A stretch of 20,000 nucleotides of DNA from Chiloscyllium plagiosum (lineage: Eukaryota). Below, one piece after another: positions 1-9,705 of the stretch. Below the pieces are notes generated by a model. The model saw nothing but the letters and a program-made list of their open reading frames with translations, searched no databases and was not told the origin of the DNA. How positions within the stretch are numbered: the first letter of the stretch is position 1; each line of letters starts with the position of its first letter. The position numbers and the translations under genes are program-made. The stretch lies in assembly GCF_004010195.1 (NCBI RefSeq), contig NC_057718.1, positions 56,970,710 to 56,990,709 of the forward strand. Direction: 5' to 3'.

Positions 1-219
1 ACACAGGGAAATATCTGCTCTACATTTACTTTTTCAATCCAGTTTAGCATCTTACATATCTCAATTAGATCTCCTCTCATTCTTCTAAACTCTAGAAAGT
101 ATGGGGTTAAACTGCCCAGTCTCTCCTCAAAACACGCCGATCATCTCTAGAATTAACCTCGTCAATTTTCTCTGAACTGCCTCCAATGCAATTATTTCAA
201 GAGGATCAAAACTGGATTC
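1..219 (-). mobile_element. CR1-type LINE fragment (C-terminal ORF2 region), degenerate
   Basis: The reverse complement contains AGAGTTTAGAAGAATGAGAGGAGATCTAATTGAGATATGTAAGATG (EFRRMRGDLIEICKM). This is the CR1 'RRLRGDLIEVYKI' motif, also seen in the ORF at 1549-2358. Confidence 0.8.
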
Positions 220-796
220 AGTTACTGACCAGACCAAACACTATTAAGCCTAGACCCCAAATTTTTCTTATTGTTAAAGGCAAGTGTAAGGCATGTGTCC
301 TGGATGCAATTCGATTAATCAAACTGCTAGGCTTGAAGCAAAACACACTTTTTTCTTACACTATAGTCAAAATACAAGCAAAAGACAGACAAATTGGAAA
401 ACTTAACAGAATAGTGGATTATTCAACTATTAAACAGCAATTGTTCCCATATAGTAATATCCCATAAACACACCCTTGGCAAAGGCAAATTCAATAAAAT
501 AGATTGTCTCACATACAATTCTCCAAACCAGGAGGAAAGAACATGAAGAGAAACTCAGAGAAATCAAGCCTTTTGCTGTAGCAGGAGATGTACAGCAGCT
601 TTGAAAACGCCAACTGTTTTAACTGAAAGTTAAATTAAAATCATGATTCGTGCTGCTTCTATTGTTCCAACATTTGAAAAACCTCAAGGCCTCAAGCTGT
701 TTACATTATTGGCCAGGAACATACCACTCACATCTCTGTCTCAATCCCTCTTAAAAAAAGGACAAAAATACATCTCAAAGCCACAGAATCATCACT
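220..796. mobile_element. Solo-LTR-like insertion (577 bp) nested in CR1
   Basis: Flanked by the 4-bp direct repeat ATTC (216-219 and 797-800). Termini AGTTAC...ATCACT form a short inverted AGT/ACT pair. No recognisable coding content. CR1 sequence resumes on both sides. LTR identity is inferred from size, TSD and ends. Confidence 0.6.
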
Positions 797-995
797 ATTC
801 CAATAATTTCCCAGTGGCAGAAGTTATAGTAGTTGATCTATAGCTTCCTACTTTCTGCCTCCCTCCATTCCAAAAAAAAGGTGTTGTTACGTTAACATTT
901 TCCCAGTTCACTGAAACCTTTGCAGAACCCAGGGAACATGGGAATATTATAATCAATGCACCCACTATCTCTGCTGCCAGTTCCTTTTAGACCAT
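797..995 (-). mobile_element. CR1-type LINE fragment (N-terminal RT region)
   Basis: The minus strand translates NWENVNVTTPFFWNGGRQKVGSYRSTTITSATGKLLE, matching the CR1 'DWKxANVTPLFKKGGRQKxGNYRPVSLTSVVGKLLE' motif. Confidence 0.85.
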
Positions 996-1546
996 ATTTA
1001 ATGTATAGTAATCCTCAAATGTTCATGGCTATATTATAACTTTCCATTTACGGGTGTTCTTTTATTAATTTCTCCCTATTCATCCAAAATGATTTTCTCA
1101 GGATACCGGAGGATTATTTTATAATAAATATGCATATGAACTTGAAAAACCCAGAATACCATTGAATTTGAATTTGGTTTGAATAATTTCAACTCTCCTA
1201 ATCAATAGCATAATAAAACCTGTTGTTACTTCCATAAAATTAGCACATAATACAATGGTACTATAGTCCACCTCAATTATCAACTTCAAGTGCCAATTTG
1301 GACACATCTAAACTTAGTCTTGCTTTGAAAACATATACTTAATATAAAACTTTATTTGACCCAAAGTTTTTGAAATTAATCTAAATTTTCAAATAATTTT
1401 GAGCAAGTGACTAGAAATCTTCTGTCAGCTAAATAATCCACCAGTAAAGCTAATTGAAAGTAATACTGAAGCACCCTGGAACTTGCAAGGTATCAAGTAT
1501 CAGCTTGAATAATTACAGCAAAAGATAAAAATCTCACAATCAAGCC

Positions 1547-2423
1547 TAGTGGACAGCGAAGAAAGTTACCGCAGATTACAACAGGATCTTGAACAGATGA
1601 ACCAATGGGCTGAGGAGTGGCAGATGGAATTTAATTTAGATAAACGTGAGGTGCTGCATTTCGGGAAAGCAAACCTTAGCAGGACTTATACACTTAATGG
1701 TAAGGTCCTGGGGAGTGCTGCTGAACAAAGAGACCTTGGAATGCAGGTTCATAGCTCCTTGAAAGTGGAGTCACAGGTAGATAGGATAGCAAAGAAGGCG
1801 TTCAGTATACTTTCCTTTATTGGTCAGGTTATTGAGTACAGGAGTTGGGAGGTCATGCTGCGGCTGTACAGAACATTGGTTAGGACACTGTTGGAATATT
1901 GCATGCAATTTTGGTCTCCTTCTTATCGGAAGGATGTTGTGAAACTTGAAAGGGTTCAGAAAAGATTTACAAGGATGTTGCCAGGGTTGGAGGATTTGAG
2001 CTATAGGGAGAGGCTGAATAGGCTAGGGCTGTTTTCCCTGGAGCATTGGAGGCTGAGGGATGACTTTATAGAGGTTTATAAAATCATGAGGGGCATGGAT
2101 AGGGCAAATAGACAAGGTCTTTTCCCTGGGGTGTTGGAGTCCAGAACTAGAGGGCACAGGTTTAGGGTGAGAGGGGGAAAATATATGAGAGACCTAAGGG
2201 GCAACTTTTTCACAGAGAGGGTGTTGTGTGTGTGGATTGGCTTGCCAAAGGAAGTAGAGGTGGCTAGTACAACTGCAACATTTAAAAGGTATCTGGATGG
2301 GTATATGAATAGGAAGGGTTTGGAGGGATATGGGCCGGGTGCTGACAGGTGGGACTAGATTGGGTTGGGAAATCTAGTCGGCATGGATGAGTTGGCCCGT
2401 GCTGTACATCTCTATGACTCTAA
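1547..2423 (+). mobile_element. 5'-truncated CR1 (HER1-like) LINE with 3' UTR and short-repeat tail
   Basis: Starts just after where the FADDTK motif would lie (VDSEE...). Contains LQQDL..W...WQMEFN, RDLG, LYRTLVR..LEYC.QFWSP, LERVQKRFTRMLPGL, YRERL and TRGH motifs. Ends in CTCTATGACTCTA. Confidence 0.95.
1549..2358 (+). pseudogene. Uninterrupted C-terminal 269 codons of CR1 ORF2 (RT thumb and C-terminal region); no native start and no catalytic DD
   Basis: ORF track 1549..2358 has no stops or frameshifts. The GTG start coincides with the 5' truncation point. Confidence 0.9.
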
Positions 2424-3429
2424 GTACCAAGCTTTAAACAAAATTTCAACGGAGATTAAAAGATAATAAAAACAATATTTATTACAATTCAGTGGTTTCT
2501 CATTTGAAAAATGGGTAACCAGCAGTTGAAAATGGCAAAATGTGGACTAGGATGGTATTTGGCATCTCCATCATCTCTCTAGCATGAGAGGATCATCTTG
2601 ATACAAATTCAAATTGAACTGGACATTCACAATCCTGAATATTTTGTACTTAAATACTTAACTGATGTCCTTCACTATTTTTAGAATGAAAAATTGTTTA
2701 GAATCCTAATGGGTGGATTGTGCACTTTGCACCGTCTGCTCATTCACAACATCTTTGCTACCAACAGCCTGACCAGCTGTTTCTGAAGGGACTATTTATG
2801 GCATCTCACTGAAGAAAAGATCCAGAAATGGTTTTATGGTCAGGAGAAGTAGGAGTGTTCCTTCTGCCAATCCCATACTGTTTTCATATTAGGACCACAC
2901 TGTTCAAAGCTTGTACTATTGACTAATGTGCCAAGGGAAGCAGACAAATTGCCACCTTCACAACCAGCAGCATGCTCAGCTTGCATTCAAAATGAGTTTT
3001 GAACCGGAAAATGGCATGGGTCGTCAAATGCCTGGTTGGCTTTGAGCAAGCAGTCAACTCTGCCAAATTCAGCGTCTGCAACCTTTAACTTTTAGGATCC
3101 ATCTCTTTCCCTTTCTTAAGTAACCATATATGCAAGTACTTGCCAATCCATGAAATATAATCTCCACCATAATAAACTATTGAATACTTAAACCAATTGC
3201 TTAAATATATGCTGTATACTTCCCTGAGCATTCAGAGTTCCATGGTATGGCACCAGCCATAAGCACACACTATTTAGCACACAACTACCTCTATTCAGGA
3301 AAAGGATATATTACTACTGTCAAAAGCCAACACACAAAGTTATATAGAATACTCGTAGTAAATAGAAGCATTGTAAAATAAAACTATGATTCTAAGCTAA
3401 ATGAAGTAACATTAAAATACTAGACTAAA

Positions 3430-4045
3430 AACTTGGTCCAAGAGATAGACTCTAAGGGTAAATTCAGGGGGGAAGAGAGGTAGAAGAGTATCTTAGGAAG
3501 AGAATTCAAGAGCTCAGTGTCCTGTCCATTGAATTTGTGATGGAGTGATTAAAGCAAGTTTTGAGAAGATTTGTAGCTCAGGCTAAGGTTCTGGATGTAG
3601 GTTTGCTCACTGAAAGCGAATTTTCCAGCTCAGCAAGCAGACCTACATCCGGAGTGATTACAATTAGGGTGCTGAGGCCAGGGTTGGAGCTATACAGTTA
3701 ACTAGAATCAGTTTAGAAAGAGAAGTGAGAGTTTAAAGAATTTTGAAAACAGCACATTAGCATTGTAAAGTGATGGCATATTTCATAACCTGTAACCAAC
3801 ATGCAAAGGAATAGAAGGGTAATTGGGACTTTGTGCACCCTGGGACATAAACAAAAGTTCATCTAAAACACTTGCTATGACAAGTTAGATGGTGATAAGT
3901 TAAGTCTCTAGGGTACAGAGGTGTGGATAAGGGATTTAGCAGCTGACAAGCTGATGCTTGGATGGAATAAACCAATATTGCAAAAGGTAGAAATAAAATG
4001 TCTTAGGTGATATCCAGGTCAATAATGATAACAACAATGCTAACT
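3430..4045 (-). mobile_element. Old L2-clade LINE 3' fragment
   Basis: Minus strand ~3900-4005 reads KTFYFYL/CNIGLFHPSISLSAAKSLIHTSVP*RLN, matching the L2 'KTAYFHLRNIARLRP.LS..AAETLIHAFVTSRLDY' motif. Boundaries are approximate. Confidence 0.75.
3552..3650. mobile_element. 99-bp hairpin-forming mini insertion (probably Penelope-derived) in the L2
   Basis: 10-bp direct repeat GGAGTGATTA at 3542-3551 and 3651-3660. Internal inverted repeat 3593-3613 / 3630-3650 matches at 18/21 positions. The Penelope origin is recalled, not verified. Confidence 0.7.
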
Positions 4046-4186
4046 AACACAAGGTACCTTGTATTGGTTGATATACGTATAGATCTTCTAGAAGCCACTA
4101 GTTAATTGAAAATGGCTTATTACAAACATTTGAACATAAACATTTGCTTCAAAGTGATGCACTCACAACCCAATTCTTAGTTAAGC

Positions 4187-4300
4187 ATCACCCAACACTA
4201 GGTTATCATACAACAGGTTTATTTGGAACCACTAGCTTTCAGAGCACTTCCAATTTTTAACTTTGTATACCCCAGTCCAACACCAACACCTCCAAATCAA
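4187..4300. repeat. Short interspersed repeat fragment, probably Penelope-derived
   Basis: ATCACCCAACACTAGGTTATCATACAACAGGTTTATTTGGAACCACTAGCTTTCAGAGCACT...TTTTAACTTTGTATACCCCAGTCCAACACC resembles an abundant shark short repeat as I recall it, here internally deleted. Confidence 0.45.
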
Positions 4301-4730
4301 TTCTTACTTGTAATAAGTAAGAGAAAGGAAAGGAACAAACCATAATGTAGACATATTTCTTCCTGTCAAGAGCTACATTTTGATTTCTGGTGAGTTTCTT
4401 TTTTATTTCAGGTGCAATTTCTCTCCCCCCCCCCCCCACCCCGTCTCACTGATTCTTTGATTAGATGACAGTCGCACAGTAACATTCCCTTCTATATTTG
4501 TGCTGTTACGTTTGAACTTGCAAAAAAGCAGAATTAGAAAACTTCATCAGTATCCTTAATGATTAATCAACTCCATTAAATTTAAACCCACAACAAAGAA
4601 ACTGTTAAATACTGTAGTTTCTTGGGAATTAAGTAATACAAGACAATAGGCTTAAGTTAGCAAAAGCTTTTTCTCCCCCAAAATGACTTTATACACAAAA
4701 TTCCATCACTACACTTACGCCCTCTGTAAA

Positions 4731-5184
4731 CTACGAAGATTATTATTAAATTGGAGAGAGTTGAAAAGAGATTTAACAGGCTGCTGCCGAGATTGGAGAA
4801 CTTGTATTATAAAGGAGAAGCTGAACAGACTGGGACTTTATTTCACTGGAGGGTAGGACGTGGAGGGATAACCTTATAAGGGTTTATAAAGTCATGAGGG
4901 GCAGAGATAGGATGAAAGTTCTTTACCCTGGAGAGGGACCTGAGGGACAACTTGTTTCACACAGAGGGTGGTTCATATGTGGAATGAACTGCCAGAGGAA
5001 GTGGTAGGTACAGGTATAGTCACAACACTAAAAAAGACATTTGGATAGATACATGAATAGGAAAAGTTTGGAGAGATATGAGCCTAACGTAAATAAATGA
5101 GATTAGTTTAGTTTAGTATGGGATTATGATCAGCATGGATGAGTTGCACCAAAGGTTCTGTTTCTGTGCTAAATGACCCTGACT
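4731..5184 (+). mobile_element. CR1 LINE 3' fragment, degenerate
   Basis: Collinear with 1927-2420 of this window (KLERVEKRFNRLLP; GGTTTATAAAGTCATGAGGGGC; ACAGAGGGTGG; 3' UTR GCATGGATGAGTTG...CTGTTTCTGTGCT), with frameshifts and an internal deletion. Confidence 0.9.
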
Positions 5185-6040
5185 AGCAAAGTTACAGATA
5201 ATGCATTTCAATTGCTAATTCACAAAGCTGGAATAACTTAACTAGGCACTTTTTTTTTTAAACAATATTTTACATTTATATTTAACAATTAAAAATGTTC
5301 AATATAGTAGTATTAAATACAAGCTTCTCCAGAACACATGCAGCCTAAACTAAAGATACAACATAGATTTGCAAGTAATTCTATACTTCAGTTATTTAAA
5401 CATATCATAGCTCCTGGTTAACTGACTGTTTCATTGTTGACATATATAAAACAGTTCATTCCCTTGTGCCTGTTCCAACCTGGAATCTCACCATTACCAC
5501 ATCAATGCCGTTCCCATCTTCCCAAGCCCCAACATCGCATTCTGCATTCTTTACAACCCCTACTCCAATTGATGTGCTCTATGGATTCCAAATGGTAGCC
5601 CATGTAACATACAAACAAGTGGAGTTCATGTTCAATAACTGAAGACTTAGACTTACGTTCATAGACTGTGTTATATGCAGAGATTATTACATTATGTACA
5701 TAATTTAATGAAGAATGGATTAACTGACTACCTCCTAACAGACCAACTGTTAGCTAATGAAGACCTCTTAAATGAGAGCATCACAAGCCATGATGTCATC
5801 TAAGCTGACTTGAAAGCATACAGCCTTTCTGGGATCACCGTGTAAACATCACATCTTTTTATTTTGGACTACAGACTGAAAATGGGAAAAATGGACACTA
5901 TTTTTAACTACAAAAAAGGACAAAAACTAAAAGGATGTAGTTTGTAACTATTAAAAAAAAGACAAGAAAAACTTAAGTGATACACATCAGACAATGTTAC
6001 ATTTCAGGTAAGCTCGTCCAGACAAATTGGTATCACCTGA

Positions 6041-6171
6041 ACAAAAATCAAAAGAACTGCAGATGCTACAAATCAGAAACAAAACTAGAGATTGCTGGAA
6101 AAGCTCAGGTCTGGCAGCATCTCCACAGAGAAATCAGAATATTTCAGAACCAGTGACCCTTCCTCAAAACT
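6041..6171. repeat. Short interspersed repeat with a degenerate hammerhead-like core on the minus strand (probably Penelope-derived)
   Basis: AAAAGAACTGCAGATGCT...GCTGGAAAAGCTCAGGTCTGGCAGCATCT resembles a common shark repeat (recalled). Minus strand 6167-6142 reads TTGAGGA-AGGGTC-ACT-GGTTCT-GAAA. Confidence 0.55.
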
Positions 6172-6256
6172 GTACATTCAGTAATCTCTAATTATGTTTT
6201 TGAAATTGGTACCACCTGTTGTGGGTTCAAGGTCGCTCATTATAGCATCAACCTTA

Positions 6257-6360
6257 GGGTGGTTGTGGAGTGGTAGTAGTGTCCCTCTCTCTAAGCCAAG
6301 AGGGACACCTGCTCCAGAGGTGTGCAGTAGCATATCTGAACAGGTTGATTAGAAAATGTC
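6257..6360 (+). repeat. Possible tRNA-derived SINE head fragment
   Basis: GGTTGTGGAGTGGTAG resembles an A box. No intact B box. The downstream CACCTGCTCCAGAGGTGTG...TCTGAACAGGTTGATTAG resembles a shark SINE as recalled. Confidence 0.4.
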
Positions 6361-6507
6361 AATAGTAACAGTCTCCTGATTTGTCCAGCTGTAACTTAAC
6401 AGACCCTGAGAGCAAAATGCAAACAGAATTCATCAGAGCTCAGGTAACAGCTGCAGCAATATCTTGGTATCTCCCACCCTGTCAAAAGAGCAACAACATC
6501 TACATTC

Positions 6508-6715
6508 AGAGATGCAGCTAGGTGTACCTCACAGAATGGGAATTCCCTAACTGGAACTGGAAACTCTGGCTGACAGGTAGGTACAGGAATAAGTATCAGA
6601 TATCTTGTTCACTCAAAGCTGGCTCTCAAAACAACTGGATCAACAACAAAGACTCACCACATATAAATAAAGGGTGACTTGGTGACAGGATACTGACCTC
6701 TATGGAGTTATTTCA
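6508..6715 (+). repeat. 5' LTR (5' edge eroded), ends ...TTTCA
   Basis: The last 51 nt (AAATAAAGGGTGACTTGGTGACAGGATACTGACCTCTATGGAGTTATTTCA) match the 3' LTR end with 6 mismatches. TGTTCACTCA.AGCTGGCTC is also shared. Confidence 0.85.
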
Positions 6716-6716
6716 G

Positions 6717-6726
6717 TGGTGATGAA
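6717..6726 (+). promoter_or_regulatory. Degenerate primer binding site
   Basis: TGGTGATGAA lies 1 nt after the LTR's CA end. It looks like a CpG-decayed TGGCGACGAG-type PBS. Confidence 0.6.
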
Positions 6727-6793
6727 AGAAAAGCCGCGCCTGAAGAAATTTGCTTGTAGTCATCTTCGAGTTGGGGAAAGTATTTCTGCTATT

Positions 6794-7330
6794 ATGCCAT
6801 TATTTAGAAAGGTTGACTCATTCAATCCTGTTATCAAAGACTGGGTCCAGTATGTGGAAAGAATGCGTTATTCCTTCCAGGCAAATGACAATGGGACAGA
6901 TGAAAAGCAATGAGTAATTCTCCTGAGAGCTTGAGGGCTTGCAGCTTTTTCTGTTATTAGGAGACAAACTTTCCCTGGAGGCACCAGATACGAAAACCTT
7001 TCAAGACTTGACAGACTTAGTTAAGGAATATTACAACCCTAAGCCACCTCTAAACCAGAGGTGCAATCGGTTTTACTTGGCAATTCGAGGATTATCTGGA
7101 TTGTTGACTCGGTTAAGACGACTGGCAGAGGCATGTGACTTTTTAACCCTTAATGAGATGCTGAGAGATTGTTTGATACATGGGATTAAATTATGTAACA
7201 ATGCAAAATCACCTACTTGCTAAAGCCCAATTGGATTTCAAATAGGCACAACTGGCTTTGTTACTGGAAAATGAGACAAGTAGAGCATATGAGTTGCAGA
7301 GTATTCTGATGGAAGTGGACACCCTCGCCA
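6794..7330 (+). pseudogene. gag: Gypsy gag relic
   Basis: MPLFRKVDSFNPVIKDWVQYVERMRYSFQAND... followed by PDTKTFQDLTDLVKEYYNPKP, LTRLRRLAEACDF and LNEMLRDCLIHGI across frames. Confidence 0.85.
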
Positions 7331-7599
7331 GTCTCACTTTAGTGAAGGCAGCTGCATTGCCTCACTCAGGACAGATCCTGAACAGAGGGACTCTGGGTCA
7401 GCCCACAGCAAAATCCCAAAACAAAGCCAAGCCTCAGCTAAGTGGCTAAAAACCTTTTCAGGAGTTGTAGTTGCTGCCAGCAGGAGGACTCAAGACAGCA
7501 AGATTCCTATTAGACCAAATTGAGTAAGAGAACCCACTATCCTGGGGATATATCTACATCTGGTTTGGAACAGTTAACTTGCTTAGTAACATTCAAATC

Positions 7600-8370
7600 A
7601 GAACCAAAACAAACATCTATTTAAATAGTCACCCAGCTCCAATGGAGCCATTTCAGTGATTGCAGAACCAGTCTGTAACAAAATTCACTCTGGATTCCAA
7701 CTCCAGATTTGCACAAGACCTCGGCTAAACTGAGAACATGTACCGGGGAACCTTTTCAAATTAATGGTACAACTTTGGTTCCAGTTCATTAGGAGAAGAA
7801 GCTGGTTCGGTTGCAATAAAAGACTCAGGTCCACGCTTGATGGGGAAAAATTGGTCGAGGAGGATTCACTAAAATTGGTTCAGCATTTTCAATTAGAGAA
7901 TGGCTACCTCAGTGAAGTCCTAATTAACTACCAGTAATTTTTTCAGGAAGGTCTACAGTGTATCAAAAGGAGGAAGGGCCACCTTCAACGTTGACCAGGA
8001 AGCAATTCCTCTGCAAGGCCCACCGATTGCAATCTGCATTATGGGCAAAAGTAGAGGCAGAAATCAAAGTTGGCAAGCGAAGGAATCATCAATGCAGTAC
8101 TTTGCGGAATGGGCAGTACCGGTCGTACCAACTGTATAGCCTACAGAACTGGGTCGGTTCACCTTAATGGAGATTTTAAACAAATGGTAAACCGCTCTTC
8201 ACAGCTAGATAAACACCTAATCCCTCGCATTGAGGATTTATATGCAAAACCAGCAGGGGAGCGGTTCTTCATGAAACTGAACATGAGCCATGCGCATTGC
8301 AATTGTGGTGAGATGAGGATTCCCAGGCATATGTTATAATTAATATCTATGAGTTTGAATTAATATATGA
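7600..8370 (+). pseudogene. pol: Gypsy pol relic, part 1 (eroded protease region and N-terminal RT)
   Basis: LMGKNWSRRI (end of protease region). GSVHLNGDFKQMVNRSSQLDKHLIPRIEDLYAKPAGERFFMKLNMSHA (RT motifs). Homology ends just before the expected LPFG motif. Confidence 0.85.
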
Positions 8371-8683
8371 TTCAAGAGCTGAAACTTAATTTCTTTGTCA
8401 GCTTTGTCAAGTTTTTCAGAGGGCTTCACAAAGTGATGCTTGGGGATGTCTATCACCTTATTTTAAAAATCCACCTTACTTACTCCACCCTTTGGTGCCC
8501 CTCTCCCACATTATAGCACCATCATACCATGTGCCATTTCCAAAACAACTCCCTACTCCACCGATAACCTTGAACTGACCAACATCTGTGGGTGTAGCAC
8601 CATCTTTAAAAAGATATTGTCCACCCAGCCAAGAGCTGTCAGTCCACAGTTGCCCTGCATGGTTTCTGACATTAACCTTGGAT

Positions 8684-8911
8684 GTGGCAGGTAATAAAAA
8701 ACTGGTTCCTCTCATTGTGAGCAGGGACATGGAGATGTTGTTGATGGCGATGGGGTGATGCACAGGCTTTTCTCCCAGGCCAGAAGACATCATTCTACTG
8801 GAACCACACTAACCTGGCCCAGGGTTACCATCCAGGCCAGTACAATCTCATCCGTCCAAAGGAATGCACATAACGTAGGAAGATGATCAATAACCTTCTC
8901 CACTCTGCCAC
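8684..8911 (+). pseudogene. Myb/SANT-like (trihelix) DNA-binding domain relic of the type carried by PIF/Harbinger transposons
   Basis: Across two frameshifts it reads VAGNKKLVPLIVSRDMEMLLMAMG*... / TTLTWPRVTIQASTISSVQRNAH / RRKMINNLLHSA. This resembles the pattern 'APRF...LE.LL..V...W..VA..VS....RT..QCRKK.NDL', followed by a donor-like ATAAGT. Confidence 0.55.
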
Positions 8912-9705
8912 TATAAGTGCCACCATGTTCTCATTGATACTGCACACTCATTCCTTGCTACTGTACTCACCATTTCCTGTAACATCTTCCTCACTCACTC
9001 ATTCTCACTAACATATGACCCTGACTAACCCTGGATTTCTTCTGCACAGCCTACTCAGCCTCACACATGCACCAAGAAATAATAGTGTGCCACTCACCTT
9101 TCTCTCGCTCACCCACTATGTGCAGAGTTTCTTGACTCTGACCACCCTGAGCAGATAACTGACTATGCCCATGCCTCTGAACTGGTATTATCATTGCAGT
9201 TAGTTACCATAGTGATTGGTCACGGAAACAGATTCACATGAGTCTGCAGATATTCTTTAACATCTAAACATATTTTTTTTTTAAAGTGAAAGCTCTTAAT
9301 ACAAACAAAAAAGCCAAGTTTCAAACTGCTTCTCAAAACTGTCCTTTTAATGTTAGTCAAGTCCAGTGAAATTTCACTCTTATCTCAACCCTAAGTTTTT
9401 AAATTAACAGGTTGTTCCCAGTTTCTTGCCCTCAGGCAATACAGACATTTTCACGATGCTTTCCAAAATTCACTAGCACAAACATTTCACAACACCTTTC
9501 ATAAAGCTCTTCACAAGAAAGTGCACAAGCCCACTGATCACGTGATGCCGACACAGAGCCCAGTTCTCCATTCACGACACCTAATGCCAGGGATGAGAAT
9601 CGCGCAACAGCAACCAGGCGTTCATTTATATAAAATATAAGCTGGCAATTCATAAATCACATTACAGACAAATTGCATTTAATAAATGCATGTTATAAGA
9701 GAACT

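Noticed and set aside
1549..2358. 269-aa ORF as a functional or domesticated gene
   Set aside because: It starts at the 5' truncation point, lacks the catalytic DD, and has no ATG start or promoter evidence. Openness is explained by recent insertion.
2808..2830. CTGAAGA...GAAA as a hammerhead core
   Set aside because: No stem II can form between the motifs.
5249..5620. Possible L1 3' end on the minus strand (poly-T run plus a faint ORF2-end-like reading near 5590-5615)
   Set aside because: Similarity is too weak to support without a search.
5669..5853. TG...CA-bounded stretch as a solo LTR
   Set aside because: No TSD and no second copy in the window.
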